Source: a virus. Taken from it: a stretch of 64,000 bases of DNA. A program made the translations under genes and the position numbers. Shown here piece by piece: positions 1 to 9,839 of this stretch. The notes beneath the pieces were generated by a model that saw only the letters and a program-made list of their open reading frames with translations, searched no databases and was not told the origin of the DNA. Location of the stretch: IMG/VR virus record IMGVR_UViG_3300033233_000020, positions 1 through 64,000 of that record; one strand, given 5' to 3'. Every line of letters begins with the position of its first letter. The stretch's first letter is position 1.

Positions 1-1833
1 GCGCCATGGCGATTCAATCATGTAAGCATCATTTTCCTGCTGTACTGCAAGCTCCATTGCAAGCGGCAGGCGATTAGTTTCGCCGTTGCGGTATGCGTGA
101 ACAGCAGCAGACCAAATCGCATCGCGTTCCATCAGTAGGGTTGCGGTGTTAATTTGATCGACCTGGGTTTTGGTTGTAGGGATTACCCAAAAGCGACGGT
201 TTCCAGTTTCATCAACCAAGAACCCAGCGGTCTTATTGGTAGTGCCAACAATAATGCCACGCCTAGGAAATGCCTCAACAGCCTTACCGTATGGAACCCT
301 AAGTAGGTCAACGGCTTGCGACAGGAACGCCTTAACTTGGCCGGCGTGCTTGCGGTTGGTAATGTGATCCAGTTCTGCCCATTCCATAATCCAAGAACGG
401 TGCAGCACCATTACGTCATCCTTGGTGCTGATGTCACCTAGGGCATCTGAGTAGAACGGACCGCCAAGGCAACCCCAAAAGCTGGACTTGTAAGCGCCTT
501 GATCGCCCATGATCACGCAAGCGGTGTCATGCTTGTAGCCGGGGTCAAAGGCACGGGCAACAGCACCGATCAAGGTGCGCTTGAGCATCTCGTCGTAGAT
601 ACTGGTGCCGCCATCGCCAGGCCTGAGGTACGCGGTTGCCAGTCCGTCGATGTAAGTCGGTTCAACGTGCTGCTCGCAATGGAGCAGGTACTCGGTGACT
701 GGGTTGTAGAGGTTTTCGTTGGCCACTTGGACCAGGCAGTCAATGGCTAGCTCCTTGCCAACCTTGTAACCCATCTCAGCCAGCTTGAGGTAGAAGCGGT
801 CGGCGCCGTCGATCACCTTGCCTTTGATCTCGATTTGCTGGGTAAAGACGTTGTAACGGATCTCATCAGCCTGGCTGCGCAGCAGTGCCAACAGCTCTGC
901 GGTTTCCAGCTTCTCCGGCTTGGTGATGATCGGAGGCTTATCGCCTCCACCATCGCTAGCTCCACTGGCAACAGTGCGGCTCGGTTCACGCCGTTGCGAG
1001 CGCCAACCGTCCTTCTTGGCCATATCGCCAAGGGTGCCAAGGCTGATGCCGGATTTCTTGAAGCTCTTCCACTTGCGCTGGCAGTCGCTGGGCTTGTGCT
1101 TGCCAGATTGCGCTGACCAGTGCTCCCAATCGTTTAGAAGGCTGTCATCGCCAACGCTATGGAGCGCCATGCCAACAGCTAACCAGTCGTCGTAGTCATC
1201 AGCGCGGCTGCCGGATAGCGCATCAAGGTATGAGCGCGCACGGTCTGCGTCATTAGAAGCCGCCAGCAATGGCAACGGCTCAGCCACTGGCTTAAGCATC
1301 CGCTCGATAAGGCAAAGCGGCGCTTCTGCTAGGTCGAGGTCTTCAGGGCTGTATTTGGCAACCCAGTGGTATCCGGTAGTGGTTGGATGCGCGCCAGCTA
1401 CAACTGACTGACAGCCTGTCCAGCGGAGTTCGATCTGCTCTGGCTTGTTGTCGGAATCGGTGACACCAGACTTGTATTTGCGCGTGGCGATGTCTGGCCA
1501 GTACTGCTCTGGTACGCGGTAGATGACCTGAAACCTGCCATCACGGCCAGATGTGACAGTCCATGAGCGCGGCATCGACGACATGGGGCAACCCCAGTCG
1601 CGGAGAATGGTGCTAGCGCTGCGGCCATCGTGATCAAGAAACAGCAAACCACCAGATGGCACGCCACAGCAGACGCCGATGGCCTTAGCGCTGCCGGCTT
1701 CTAGCTCAGCCTGCAAACCAGCTTTGTCCAGCGGCCGTTCCTGCCACTTGGTCTGGTATGGGCGCTTCTGATCATCGACAGCGACATAACCCCACCCATC
1801 GGGCAGGCGTGCAAGCTCTTCGGTAAGGCTCAT
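1..1833 (-). CDS. Primase-helicase: Prim-Pol + PriCT-2 + VirE/VapE-like ATPase (3' end runs off window)
   Basis: Not in the ORF track because it is truncated. Hand translation from ATG 1833: MSLTEELARLPDGWGYVAVDDQKRPYQTKWQ...GLLFLDHDG...IELRWTGCQSVVAGAHP (Prim-Pol); DDYDDWLAVGMALH...WEHWSAQSGK (PriCT-2); IMGDQGAYKSSFW...EWAELD (P-loop/VirE). Confidence 0.9.
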   Translation of the reverse strand, partial: MSLTEELARLPDGWGYVAVDDQKRPYQTKWQERPLDKAGLQAELEAGSAKAIGVCCGVPSGGLLFLDHDGRSASTILRDWGCPMSSMPRSWTVTSGRDGRFQVIYRVPEQYWPDIATRKYKSGVTDSDNKPEQIELRWTGCQSVVAGAHPTTTGYHWVAKYSPEDLDLAEAPLCLIERMLKPVAEPLPLLAASNDADRARSYLDALSGSRADDYDDWLAVGMALHSVGDDSLLNDWEHWSAQSGKHKPSDCQRKWKSFKKSGISLGTLGDMAKKDGWRSQRREPSRTVASGASDGGGDKPPIITKPEKLETAELLALLRSQADEIRYNVFTQQIEIKGKVIDGADRFYLKLAEMGYKVGKELAIDCLVQVANENLYNPVTEYLLHCEQHVEPTYIDGLATAYLRPGDGGTSIYDEMLKRTLIGAVARAFDPGYKHDTACVIMGDQGAYKSSFWGCLGGPFYSDALGDISTKDDVMVLHRSWIMEWAELDHITNRKHAGQVKAFLSQAVDLLRVPYGKAVEAFPRRGIIVGTTNKTAGFLVDETGNRRFWVIPTTKTQVDQINTATLLMERDAIWSAAVHAYRNGETNRLPLAMELAVQQENDAYMIESPWR

Positions 1834-1994
1834 CGCTTGGTGGCGGGCAAGATGCCGTGCAGGTGCAGATCAAGCGACTGCTCCAGTAGAAGCCGTATGG
1901 CAGTAGCGCGGCTCATGCGATCACCACGCCACGAGTCAAGACGCTGCAACTGATCTGGTGTTAGTCGTATATGGGTTGGATGGCTTAAGCGCAC
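1830..1994 (-). CDS. Small ribbon-helix-helix (CopG/Arc-like) regulator, 54 aa
   Basis: GTG start; MRLSHPTHIRLTPDQLQRLDSWRGDRMSRATAIRLLLEQSL fits the RHH pattern; ATGA overlap with the primase gene. Confidence 0.7.
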   Translation of the reverse strand: MRLSHPTHIRLTPDQLQRLDSWRGDRMSRATAIRLLLEQSLDLHLHGILPATKR

Positions 1995-2020
1995 GGTGCT
2001 GGGCGGGATGCTTGCACACT

Positions 2021-2037
2021 GTAGCAGCGGCTGCTAC
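2021..2037. promoter_or_regulatory. Perfect inverted repeat GTAGCAGC-G-GCTGCTAC, candidate operator between divergent promoters
   Basis: 8-bp arms with a 1-nt spacer, lying between the RHH gene and the rightward operon and overlapping a minus-strand TACAGT -10-like box. Confidence 0.55.
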
Positions 2038-2059
2038 GGAAGCGATAGGGCTCAGGCGC

Positions 2060-2088
2060 TTGACAGCCTGCCGCCGATCCTTTAGTGT
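2060..2088 (+). promoter_or_regulatory. sigma70-type promoter TTGACA-17-TAGTGT
   Basis: Consensus -35 and 17-nt spacer upstream of ORF 2186. Confidence 0.55.
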
Positions 2089-2185
2089 CTTTGACAGGCG
2101 GAACAAGCCGGTCTCGACCCCGGCCCGCTCCTAGCCATCAGCTAGCACCATCATCACGGCCAGCCTCCGGTTGGCTTCATTATCC

Positions 2186-2722
2186 ATGTCTCCTTTTGAC
2201 TTTTCACGTTGGAGTGGCGACGACCAGCGCCGCAAATTTACTGACCTTGCTTTGTCTTCTGAGCAAGTTGAGTCGATTCTTTCAACTAAGCACGGCATTA
2301 GCGAAGTGCTGCTGCAAGAGTTTCCCGACTTGACGCGCAGGGGAACCATCCCTCACGCTTTTATGAAGGCGCTGCTTGTCTTTGAAGAATACGGACGCGA
2401 CACCAGCTATGCAGCGATTGCCGCTGCTCTTGAGGTCACTGCCGACACTGCTAAGGAGTACCTCCGAGAGGCTCGCGTTGCAATTCGATCTGCACTCGGC
2501 GTTGAAATGACCCATGGCGGCGACACGATCCGCCTTGTGGTCGCCAACGATGCACGCGAGAAAGCTATCCGCGTGTTGAACGTGTTTGAAAAGCACGTTG
2601 AGCCAGCGCTTAAAAAACTGGAGGCTTGCACCAAAAGTTTGGCCGTCAGTAATGTGCAGATGGCGCTACCTGCTCGTGCAGTTGCGCTGCTTGAAGCCAA
2701 CAAGATCAAGGAGGTCGTCTGA
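2186..2722 (+). CDS. Hypothetical protein with HTH-like segment
   Basis: Long ORF; TSYAAIAAALEVTADTAKEYLREAR is HTH-like; coupled (TGATG) to the next gene. Confidence 0.6.
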   Translation: MSPFDFSRWSGDDQRRKFTDLALSSEQVESILSTKHGISEVLLQEFPDLTRRGTIPHAFMKALLVFEEYGRDTSYAAIAAALEVTADTAKEYLREARVAIRSALGVEMTHGGDTIRLVVANDAREKAIRVLNVFEKHVEPALKKLEACTKSLAVSNVQMALPARAVALLEANKIKEVV

Positions 2723-3801
2723 TGCAAACGACTACCCTCGCGGTGGTTGAGCCTCAAGAGGCTGTGTTTCTGCTGGAGAGTCCTCTCTCTCCGGCGGAGT
2801 CCGCCCAACTCCAGTCGTGCGAGCTGGCCATTGAACTGGCCGGCAAGGATCGACTAGAGAAGGCTCTGATCATCGGTGAAAAGCTCAGCGCCATCTACAA
2901 CGGTGCGCTGTTCCGTGGAGCCGATGGCGGCTGCGGTTGGGAACAATGGCTTAAGGATCGGCTACCAAAGCTGCTACCGGAGGCGGAGGGTAGGTCAACT
3001 GACTGGGGTGACAGGCGAAGGCTTCTTTGGGAGCAACGAAAACTACTTTCCGCGTGCGCATGCGCACCGGGAATCTTGCCTGTTACTACTCGAATCGTTG
3101 ATGCTCTTACAGCATTGGTCCCCAGGCAAGCGTCTAAGGGTCCAGGCAATTGGCAACCCGCCATCCTTGACGATCCCGAAGCCGCCGAAGGCATTGCCAA
3201 GGTCTGGGAGCTGGCGTGCACCAACGCCGAATCCAACCAGCGCCGCAACGGTCCAACCGCCGAAGACGTGCGCGCTGCTCGTGAGGAGCTTCGCCCCGCA
3301 CTAGAGCATCAAGGGCTGATTCGCTCAGCGCCAGCATCCTTCCAAGCCGCAACAGCGGCCAGAGTGGAGGCCGCCCGCCAGCGAACGGTTGACGTGACGC
3401 CTGCCGATGCAGAGCGGTTCAAAGAGACCATGGCCAACATTCGCGACACCAAAGCGGAGCGCACGGCCAAGGTTGAAGTGGATCACGTTCGGGAACAACT
3501 GGATGCTGTCGAGCAAGATCAGCGCCATGATCTTGAAGAGCAAGTACGCCACTACAACAGGCGATTGCATGATGCCGGCACTGCCATTCACGATTTACTG
3601 GGATACCTGCAAACGCTTTCGCGAACGCATGGCACTCAATACCTCGACCAAATGCGTTGCATTGACGTACTTGGGTTGATCACTGTTGGCGATGACATGC
3701 AACGATTGCAAGAGATGGGTACTGAGTTGATGGATGCCGTAAAGCTGGCGCGCACCTCTGACCCATCAACTGGCATCAATGCGCAAACCATAGAAGTGTG
3801 A
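2722..3801 (+). CDS. Hypothetical phage protein, helical/coiled-coil
   Basis: 359-aa ORF, translationally coupled; followed by a CCCCC-TTCG-GGGGG hairpin at ~3809-3822. Confidence 0.65.
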   Translation: MQTTTLAVVEPQEAVFLLESPLSPAESAQLQSCELAIELAGKDRLEKALIIGEKLSAIYNGALFRGADGGCGWEQWLKDRLPKLLPEAEGRSTDWGDRRRLLWEQRKLLSACACAPGILPVTTRIVDALTALVPRQASKGPGNWQPAILDDPEAAEGIAKVWELACTNAESNQRRNGPTAEDVRAAREELRPALEHQGLIRSAPASFQAATAARVEAARQRTVDVTPADAERFKETMANIRDTKAERTAKVEVDHVREQLDAVEQDQRHDLEEQVRHYNRRLHDAGTAIHDLLGYLQTLSRTHGTQYLDQMRCIDVLGLITVGDDMQRLQEMGTELMDAVKLARTSDPSTGINAQTIEV

Positions 3802-3835
3802 CCTTGTGCCCCCTTCGGGGGGCTTTACCAACGCC

Positions 3836-5200
3836 ATGACCTACAAAGACTTCCTAGACCAAAAGACACACGAGGGCGCAACGCACGGGTTTGAACCTGT
3901 GTTCATGCCCAACCAACTGTTTGATTTCCAGCAATCGCTGGTGGATTGGGCTGTGCGCAAGGGTCGCGCTGCGATCTTTGCTGACTGCGGACTCGGCAAG
4001 ACCGCCATGCAGCTCACATGGGCTGAGAACGTGGCGCGCCACACTGGTAAGCCGGTGCTGATCTTGACGCCCTTGGCTGTTGCTGCGCAAACTATTCGCG
4101 AGGGTGAGAAGTTTGGCATTGAATGCGCCCGATCCTCCGATGGCGCTATCAACAGCCGCATCGTGATCACCAACTACGAGCGGCTTGAGCATTTCAAACC
4201 GGCTGGCTTTGCCGGCGTGGTCTGCGATGAGAGCAGCATCCTTAAGAGCTTCGACGGCGCCCGCCGCAATGAGATCACCGATTTCATGCGCAAGGTGCCC
4301 TACCGACTACTAGCCACCGCCACTGCTGCGCCTAACGACTTCATTGAACTAGGCACCAGCTCTGAAGCCCTTGGCTACATGGGCCACATGGACATGCTCG
4401 CCCGGTTCTTCAAGAACGATCAGAACAATTTGACTAGCCGCCGCATGTACGGCGAGGCGCCCAAATGGCGCTTCAAGGGTCACGCTGAGCAGCCGTTTTG
4501 GAGGTGGGTTACCAGCTGGGCTAGGGCGTGCCGCCAGCCATCAGACCTTGGCTTTGATGATGGCCGGTTTACTTTGCCGCCACTGAAGGAGATTGACCAC
4601 CTGATTGAGACCAGCACCATTCCCGAGGGGATGCTGTTTGCCATACCAGCAACAGACCTAAGGGAGCAACGCGCTGAAAAGAAACGCACGGTTGTGGAGC
4701 GATGCGAGCAAGTGGCCAGCATGGTTGCCGATACTGGCCAGCCGGCGCTGGTGTGGTGCCATTTGAACGAAGAGGGCGACCTGCTAGAGCGGCTGATACC
4801 AGGCGCGATACAGGTATCTGGCAAAGATAAAGATGAGGCCAAGGAGCGCCGGTTAATTGATTTTGCGGAAGGCAGATCGCGAGTATTGGTTACCAAGCCA
4901 AAGATCGGCGCATGGGGGTTAAATTTTCAAGTTTGCAGCCATGTGACTTATTTTCCGTCTCATAGCTTTGAGCAGTATTACCAATCCGTCAGGCGTTGTT
5001 GGCGGTTTGGGCAAAAAAACTCTGTGACTGTTGACATCATCCTCACAGAGGGAGAGCGGCGAATTATGCAAAATCTACACCGCAAGCGGCTGCAGGCTGA
5101 GCAAATGTTTGGCAACCTAGTTGCTGAAATGAATCACTCGCTGGACATCCAGCGCAAAGAATACAACACCACTCCTATTGAGGTTCCATCATGGCTATGA
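3836..5200 (+). CDS. SNF2-family helicase
   Basis: ADCGLGKT, VCDESS, ATATAAPND, GLNFQ, YYQSVRRCWRFGQ motifs. Confidence 0.9.
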   Translation: MTYKDFLDQKTHEGATHGFEPVFMPNQLFDFQQSLVDWAVRKGRAAIFADCGLGKTAMQLTWAENVARHTGKPVLILTPLAVAAQTIREGEKFGIECARSSDGAINSRIVITNYERLEHFKPAGFAGVVCDESSILKSFDGARRNEITDFMRKVPYRLLATATAAPNDFIELGTSSEALGYMGHMDMLARFFKNDQNNLTSRRMYGEAPKWRFKGHAEQPFWRWVTSWARACRQPSDLGFDDGRFTLPPLKEIDHLIETSTIPEGMLFAIPATDLREQRAEKKRTVVERCEQVASMVADTGQPALVWCHLNEEGDLLERLIPGAIQVSGKDKDEAKERRLIDFAEGRSRVLVTKPKIGAWGLNFQVCSHVTYFPSHSFEQYYQSVRRCWRFGQKNSVTVDIILTEGERRIMQNLHRKRLQAEQMFGNLVAEMNHSLDIQRKEYNTTPIEVPSWL

Positions 5201-6156
5201 TCACTGACCGCTATGCAATTTATAACGGCGACTGCATTGAAGTAATGCAAAGCCTGCCGGCGGCTTCTGTCCATTTCTCGATCTACTCGCCGCCATTTGC
5301 TGGACTGTATGTTTACAGTTCAAACGAGCGCGACATCAGCAACTGCAAAGACTACGATCAGTTCATGAGCCATTATGGTTTTGTTGTTAAAGACCTGCAC
5401 CGGCTAACGTTGCCTGGTCGGCTAACTGCTGTTCATTGCACCGACATTTCAAGCGGCAATAGCGGCAAGGATTCATTGATTGACCTTCCTGGCAAGATTA
5501 TTGAATTGCACCAACACCATGGCTGGCATTTTGTGGCTCGCCATACGATATGGAAAGAGCCGCTGTGGGTGAGAAACCGAACAATGGTAAAGAGCTTGGC
5601 GCATAAAACAATTGTTGACGATGGCGCTTATGCCGGTGTTGCAAGTGCTGATTATTTGTTGATCTTTCGGCGCAGTGGTGAGAATACTATCCCAGTTGCG
5701 CATCCAACCGGGCTAGACCACTACGCCGGCGAATGCCCTATCCCGGTAGAGCTGCATAAGTACAAAGGATGGAAAGGCAAGCAAACTGAAAACCGCTTTA
5801 GCCATTGGATCTGGCGCCGGTACGCCTCGTCTATTTGGGATGACATAAACATGGGACGGGTGCTTCCGTTTCGTGATGGCAAAGATCCTGATGATGAAAA
5901 GCACGTCCACCCGCTGCAGCTTGACGTGATCGACCGTGCTATCTGCTTGCGCTCTAACGTAGGCGAAACGGTGCTTACCCCATTTATGGGCGTTGGCAGT
6001 GAGGTTTACGGCGCTGTGCAGCTTGGCCGCCGTGGCATCGGCATCGAGCTAAAGGAGTCCTACTTCAAACAGGCGATTAAGAACATGGAGATTGCAGTGG
6101 AAGACACGCGCACTCCAGATCAAACAGAGTTGCTCGATACTCAGGGGATGGATTGA
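5191..6156 (+). CDS. DNA methyltransferase (N4-C/N6-A, beta class)
   Basis: GDCIEVM, YSPPF catalytic motif, VLTPFMGVGSE SAM motif, GIELK. Confidence 0.88.
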   Translation: MAMITDRYAIYNGDCIEVMQSLPAASVHFSIYSPPFAGLYVYSSNERDISNCKDYDQFMSHYGFVVKDLHRLTLPGRLTAVHCTDISSGNSGKDSLIDLPGKIIELHQHHGWHFVARHTIWKEPLWVRNRTMVKSLAHKTIVDDGAYAGVASADYLLIFRRSGENTIPVAHPTGLDHYAGECPIPVELHKYKGWKGKQTENRFSHWIWRRYASSIWDDINMGRVLPFRDGKDPDDEKHVHPLQLDVIDRAICLRSNVGETVLTPFMGVGSEVYGAVQLGRRGIGIELKESYFKQAIKNMEIAVEDTRTPDQTELLDTQGMD

Positions 6157-7517
6157 TGAACCTCCGCCCCTACCAGACCGAGCTGATCACCGCTATCAGG
6201 CTCCAATACCAACTAGGCCACCGCAAAGTGCTGGCGGTGCTGCCAACCGGCGCTGGCAAGACGGTCTGCTTTAGCCACATTGCCCAATCCGCCGCCAAGA
6301 AAGGCAACCGCGTGCTGATCGCGGTGCACCGTCAGGAGCTACTGGACCAAGCCTGCCGCTCACTGCCGATGCCTCATGGTGTGATCGCCGCTAACCGCGC
6401 CATGGACCTATCTGCAGCAGTGCAGGTGGCCAGCGTGCAGACCTTGGCCCGCAGGCTCCACAAGCTGCCGCGTGACTTCTTCCAGTTGGTGATCATCGAC
6501 GAAGCCCACCACAGCAACGCCGGCACCTGGGCACGCACACTGGAACACTTCCACCAATCGCATCTGCTGGGTGTCACTGCAACACCGATACGCCTAGACG
6601 GCCGCGGCCTTGGCGAGCACTACCAGTCAATGGTGGAAGGCCCTAGCGCTGCCTGGCTTACTGACAACGGATACCTAGCACCTGCGCGTGTGCTAGCGCC
6701 GCCAGGGTTCGATACCACTGGCCTACGCAAGCGGATGGGTGACTTTGATACCCGCGAGGCTGAGCACCGGATCGGCACGATCATGGGCGACTGCTTAAGC
6801 CACTACCGCAAACACCTAGACGGGCAGACGGCGATCGCGTTCTGCTGCAGCGTGGCACATGCCGAGGCAGTGGCTTCTCTCTTCCAGTGCAACGGCATCC
6901 CAGCCGCAAGTATTGACGGCAGCATGGATGCGGCCAATAGAAGGCAGCTATTGGCTGATCTGGCAATAGGTCGGATCAAGGTACTCACCAGTTGCGCGTT
7001 GATTGGCGAGGGCGTGGACGTGCCATCAGTCGGCGGCTGCATCCTGCTGCGGCCTACCGCTAGCACCAGCCTGCACCTGCAGATGATCGGTCGCTGCCTC
7101 AGGCCATCACCCGGCAAAGCTGCTGCGGTGGTGCTTGACCATGTTGGCAACACCTTGCGGCTCGGCCATCACCTTGAGCCGCGTGAGTGGACGTTGGAGG
7201 GCCTAGCTAAGCGCGACCGCTCCGCAGCGCCATCGGTCAAGGTGTGCCCGCAGTGCTTTGCTGCAATGGCCAGCCAGGCTAAGCAGTGCGGTGAGTGCGG
7301 CCATACCTTCGCCGCTGAGGTACGCGAACTTCAGCAGGTTGAGGGTGAGCTGGTGGAGCTTCAGAGGCAGCAGGCCAAGCGGGAGCAAGGTGGCGCTCAA
7401 TCGTTGCAGGATCTAATCGCGCTAGGCCATCAGCGCGGATACAAAAACCCAGTGGGCTGGGCTAAGCACTTGCTAGCCGCCCGCCAAACCAAAGGACAAT
7501 GGAGCAAAATCAAATGA
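6153..7517 (+). CDS. Superfamily II DEAD/DEAH helicase with C-terminal Zn finger
   Basis: PTGAGKT, IIDEAHH, TATP, QMIGRCLR, CPQC..CGEC. Confidence 0.92.
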   Translation: MMNLRPYQTELITAIRLQYQLGHRKVLAVLPTGAGKTVCFSHIAQSAAKKGNRVLIAVHRQELLDQACRSLPMPHGVIAANRAMDLSAAVQVASVQTLARRLHKLPRDFFQLVIIDEAHHSNAGTWARTLEHFHQSHLLGVTATPIRLDGRGLGEHYQSMVEGPSAAWLTDNGYLAPARVLAPPGFDTTGLRKRMGDFDTREAEHRIGTIMGDCLSHYRKHLDGQTAIAFCCSVAHAEAVASLFQCNGIPAASIDGSMDAANRRQLLADLAIGRIKVLTSCALIGEGVDVPSVGGCILLRPTASTSLHLQMIGRCLRPSPGKAAAVVLDHVGNTLRLGHHLEPREWTLEGLAKRDRSAAPSVKVCPQCFAAMASQAKQCGECGHTFAAEVRELQQVEGELVELQRQQAKREQGGAQSLQDLIALGHQRGYKNPVGWAKHLLAARQTKGQWSKIK

Positions 7518-7837
7518 GCCGCTACACATTTTCACTCAATCTTGAAAACACAACTCTTCCAGACGCTATAAGTGCGTTAGTTGAAGCTTGGTACGACTCT
7601 CAAGTAATTGAAGCCGATGGCGGCAAGCAAACTGAAGCGCGAAACTTGCGACTCCCTGAACCATCAAATGGCGAAAGCAAAAGAGGAACGTGGAAGCAAT
7701 GTGCTTGGTACGTCAGACCTAAAACATATTCAAAGCTAAAAAGATATGTCAACAGATTGCAAGAAAATGGCCGCAACGGCGATGCAAGTGATGTCGTAGA
7801 TTCCGCATTGCAAATGTGGATGGATGATTTTGTCTGA
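7514..7837 (+). CDS. Hypothetical protein (AT-richer insert, possible RHH-like C-terminus)
   Basis: ORF coupled to both neighbours; lower GC than its flanks. Confidence 0.5.
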   Translation: MSRYTFSLNLENTTLPDAISALVEAWYDSQVIEADGGKQTEARNLRLPEPSNGESKRGTWKQCAWYVRPKTYSKLKRYVNRLQENGRNGDASDVVDSALQMWMDDFV

Positions 7838-8177
7838 GCAATCCATTCAGCAACACATCCGCCTGACCTGCAGCACTGGAGCTACCAGGTTGTTTCGCAA
7901 TAACACCGGCACGCTGCGTGACCAGCATGGCCGCCCGGTGAGCTTCGGGCTGTGCAAGGGCAGCGCTGACCTGATCGGCTGGCGCACGGTGACGATCACC
8001 CCAGAGATGGTGGGTCAGCAGGTGGCGGTGTTCACCAGCATCGAGGTCAAGACCCCTACCGGCAGGCTCCTGTCAGAGCAAAAACTGTGGCTAGATGCAG
8101 TGCAGTCAGCAGGTGGCATCGCTGGTGTGGCCCGCAGTGTTGAGGATGCGTTACGGATTACGACGGCGGACGGTTGA
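7824..8177 (+). CDS. VRR-NUC domain nuclease
   Basis: GSADLIG...IEVKTPTGRL..EQ..W......GG.A.V pattern. Confidence 0.88.
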   Translation: MILSEQSIQQHIRLTCSTGATRLFRNNTGTLRDQHGRPVSFGLCKGSADLIGWRTVTITPEMVGQQVAVFTSIEVKTPTGRLLSEQKLWLDAVQSAGGIAGVARSVEDALRITTADG

Positions 8178-8201
8178 CGAGGGCGGCACAGGGTGTATTG
8201 T
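8174..8201 (+). promoter_or_regulatory. Putative early promoter TTGACG-16-TATTGT
   Basis: Near-consensus boxes ahead of the small-gene cluster. Confidence 0.45.
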
Positions 8202-8243
8202 TAGGGGACAGGAGGCGAGAGCTTCCACCCCAACCCGAGAACC

Positions 8244-8474
8244 ATGGCGATCTACACCCTTGAGCGCACCGAAACCCAGCAGATCCCAGCCGCTCGTTGC
8301 ACATTTCAGCAACGCGTTTCGGAGTCCGGCAAGAAGTGGGTTGATGTCACCATGCTGCATCTCACGTCAACGGGATGGGGCGGCACCATGGGGCGCGGCG
8401 ACGGCACCTACACCGTCAGCCAAGCTAGGGAGTTTTACAGCAGCCTTCTTGGCAGGGGATTTACCGCCGCCTAA
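8244..8474 (+). CDS. Hypothetical protein
   Basis: ORF with a ccATG start context after the promoter. Confidence 0.6.
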   Translation: MAIYTLERTETQQIPAARCTFQQRVSESGKKWVDVTMLHLTSTGWGGTMGRGDGTYTVSQAREFYSSLLGRGFTAA

Positions 8475-8480
8475 CCCCAC

Positions 8481-8510
8481 GCGGCCTGCCGGAGCCGCAC
8501 CCAATCCGGC
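8481..8510 (+). ncRNA. Candidate compact H-type pseudoknot in intergenic gap
   Basis: GCGGC-CTGCCGGA-GCCGC-ACCCAA-TCCGGC: P1 GCGGC/GCCGC; loop GCCGGA pairs with TCCGGC. Confidence 0.55.
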
Positions 8511-8534
8511 GTTAATTACCCCACACCGAGAACC

Positions 8535-8717
8535 ATGACTACTACGACCATCGCCCTGCTACTAGCGCTGCTGCTACTGCCGCTGCTGGTGCTGCTATGG
8601 GCCACTGAGAGCACCGAGCAACGCGTTAAGCGTCTGCGCAGCTACGGCTGGGCGCAGCGCCGCATTGCAGAGCACATGAACATCACCCGTTACCGCGTCC
8701 GTCAGGTACTCGCATGA
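8535..8717 (+). CDS. Small membrane-anchored HTH-like protein
   Basis: N-terminal hydrophobic helix, then GWAQRRIAEHMNITRYRV. Confidence 0.6.
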   Translation: MTTTTIALLLALLLLPLLVLLWATESTEQRVKRLRSYGWAQRRIAEHMNITRYRVRQVLA

Positions 8718-8857
8718 TCACCAACCCTTGGGTTAACCGCATCACCGCATTGGTGGTGCTTGCTGCCATCTATGCCGGTGGCTATGCCGGTGGCCGCGAT
8801 GCCACCGTGCAAGCCCACCACAACCATCCCGCTTGCAATACCAACCTCAAGCCATGA
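8714..8857 (+). CDS. Small membrane protein, 47 aa
   Basis: MITNPWVNRITALVVLAAIYAGG; ATGA overlaps on both sides. Confidence 0.55.
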   Translation: MITNPWVNRITALVVLAAIYAGGYAGGRDATVQAHHNHPACNTNLKP

Positions 8858-9054
8858 GCGAATCTGACGTTTTTTGGACTATGGCCACTGCTGCGCAATA
8901 CGCCGGCAGCTTCTACCAAGCAATGGGCAACGCTGGCCTTGCCGCTGACCCCAACAACAAGCGCCGCATCCTGCAGGCATTCCCTGAGATGGTCGCCACC
9001 TACGGCGTAGCCAGCAGGCTACATCAGACCATGCGCGCAGGGGTAGCAGCATGA
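8854..9054 (+). CDS. Hypothetical phage protein
   Basis: GSFYQAMGNAGLAADPNNKRRILQAFP; coupled ORF. Confidence 0.65.
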   Translation: MSESDVFWTMATAAQYAGSFYQAMGNAGLAADPNNKRRILQAFPEMVATYGVASRLHQTMRAGVAA

Positions 9055-9839
9055 CCAGCAATGCTGACTACCACGCCGACCCAGCTATCAGCGCCAGCCA
9101 TCTCAAAGCGGTAATGCAATCGCCTTACCACTACTGGAGCCGTTACCTAAACCCAAAGCGGCCAACCATGGAGCCTACGGCTGCGATGCGGTTAGGCAGC
9201 CTCGCTCACTGCGCAGTACTGGAGCCGGATGAGCTGCATAACCGGTATGCCATCGCCCCAGACCGCCGCACTAATGCTGGCAAGGCCCTTGCCGCTGACA
9301 TGGCTGCACGGGGCTTAGAAGCAGTATCGGAGTCCGATATGGTGCTGGCGGTCAATATGGCCATTGCGGTTCAAGGGCATCCATATGCCAATGCACTGCT
9401 ATCCCACGGCAAAGCGGAGGAGTCGTTCTGGGCGGATGACATTTCAACTGGTTTGCGCGTCAAGGCACGGCCAGACTGGCATGACGGCGGCACCATTGTC
9501 GACCTAAAGACCTGTCAAGACGCAAGCCCGAGTGGCTTTGCGCGTGCCTGCGCCACCTTTAGCTACCATGTGCAAGCTGCGCACTACTTGAACGTCACCT
9601 TTGCGGAGCGGTTTGTTTTCATCGCCGTTGAAAAGACCTACCCGTTTTGCGTTGGCGTGTACGAGCTAGACGCGGCTGCGATGGTTGCTGGTAAGGAGCA
9701 ATGCCGCAACAACCTGCAGACCATCGCCGACTGCCGCGCCATTGCTGAATGGCCTGGCTACGGCAACACCATCCAACCGCTGAGCCTGCCTAACTGGGCG
9801 CTCTACGGCACCTCAACTATTACCTCCGATGACTTCTAG
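9051..9839 (+). CDS. PD-(D/E)XK exonuclease, RecE/DUF3799-like
   Basis: [39 protein letters not shown]. Confidence 0.9.
   Translation: MTSNADYHADPAISASHLKAVMQSPYHYWSRYLNPKRPTMEPTAAMRLGSLAHCAVLEPDELHNRYAIAPDRRTNAGKALAADMAARGLEAVSESDMVLAVNMAIAVQGHPYANALLSHGKAEESFWADDISTGLRVKARPDWHDGGTIVDLKTCQDASPSGFARACATFSYHVQAAHYLNVTFAERFVFIAVEKTYPFCVGVYELDAAAMVAGKEQCRNNLQTIADCRAIAEWPGYGNTIQPLSLPNWALYGTSTITSDDF

Noticed and set aside
170-1667. Short ORFs listed in 170-1667
   Set aside because: All lie within the truncated minus-strand primase-helicase gene.
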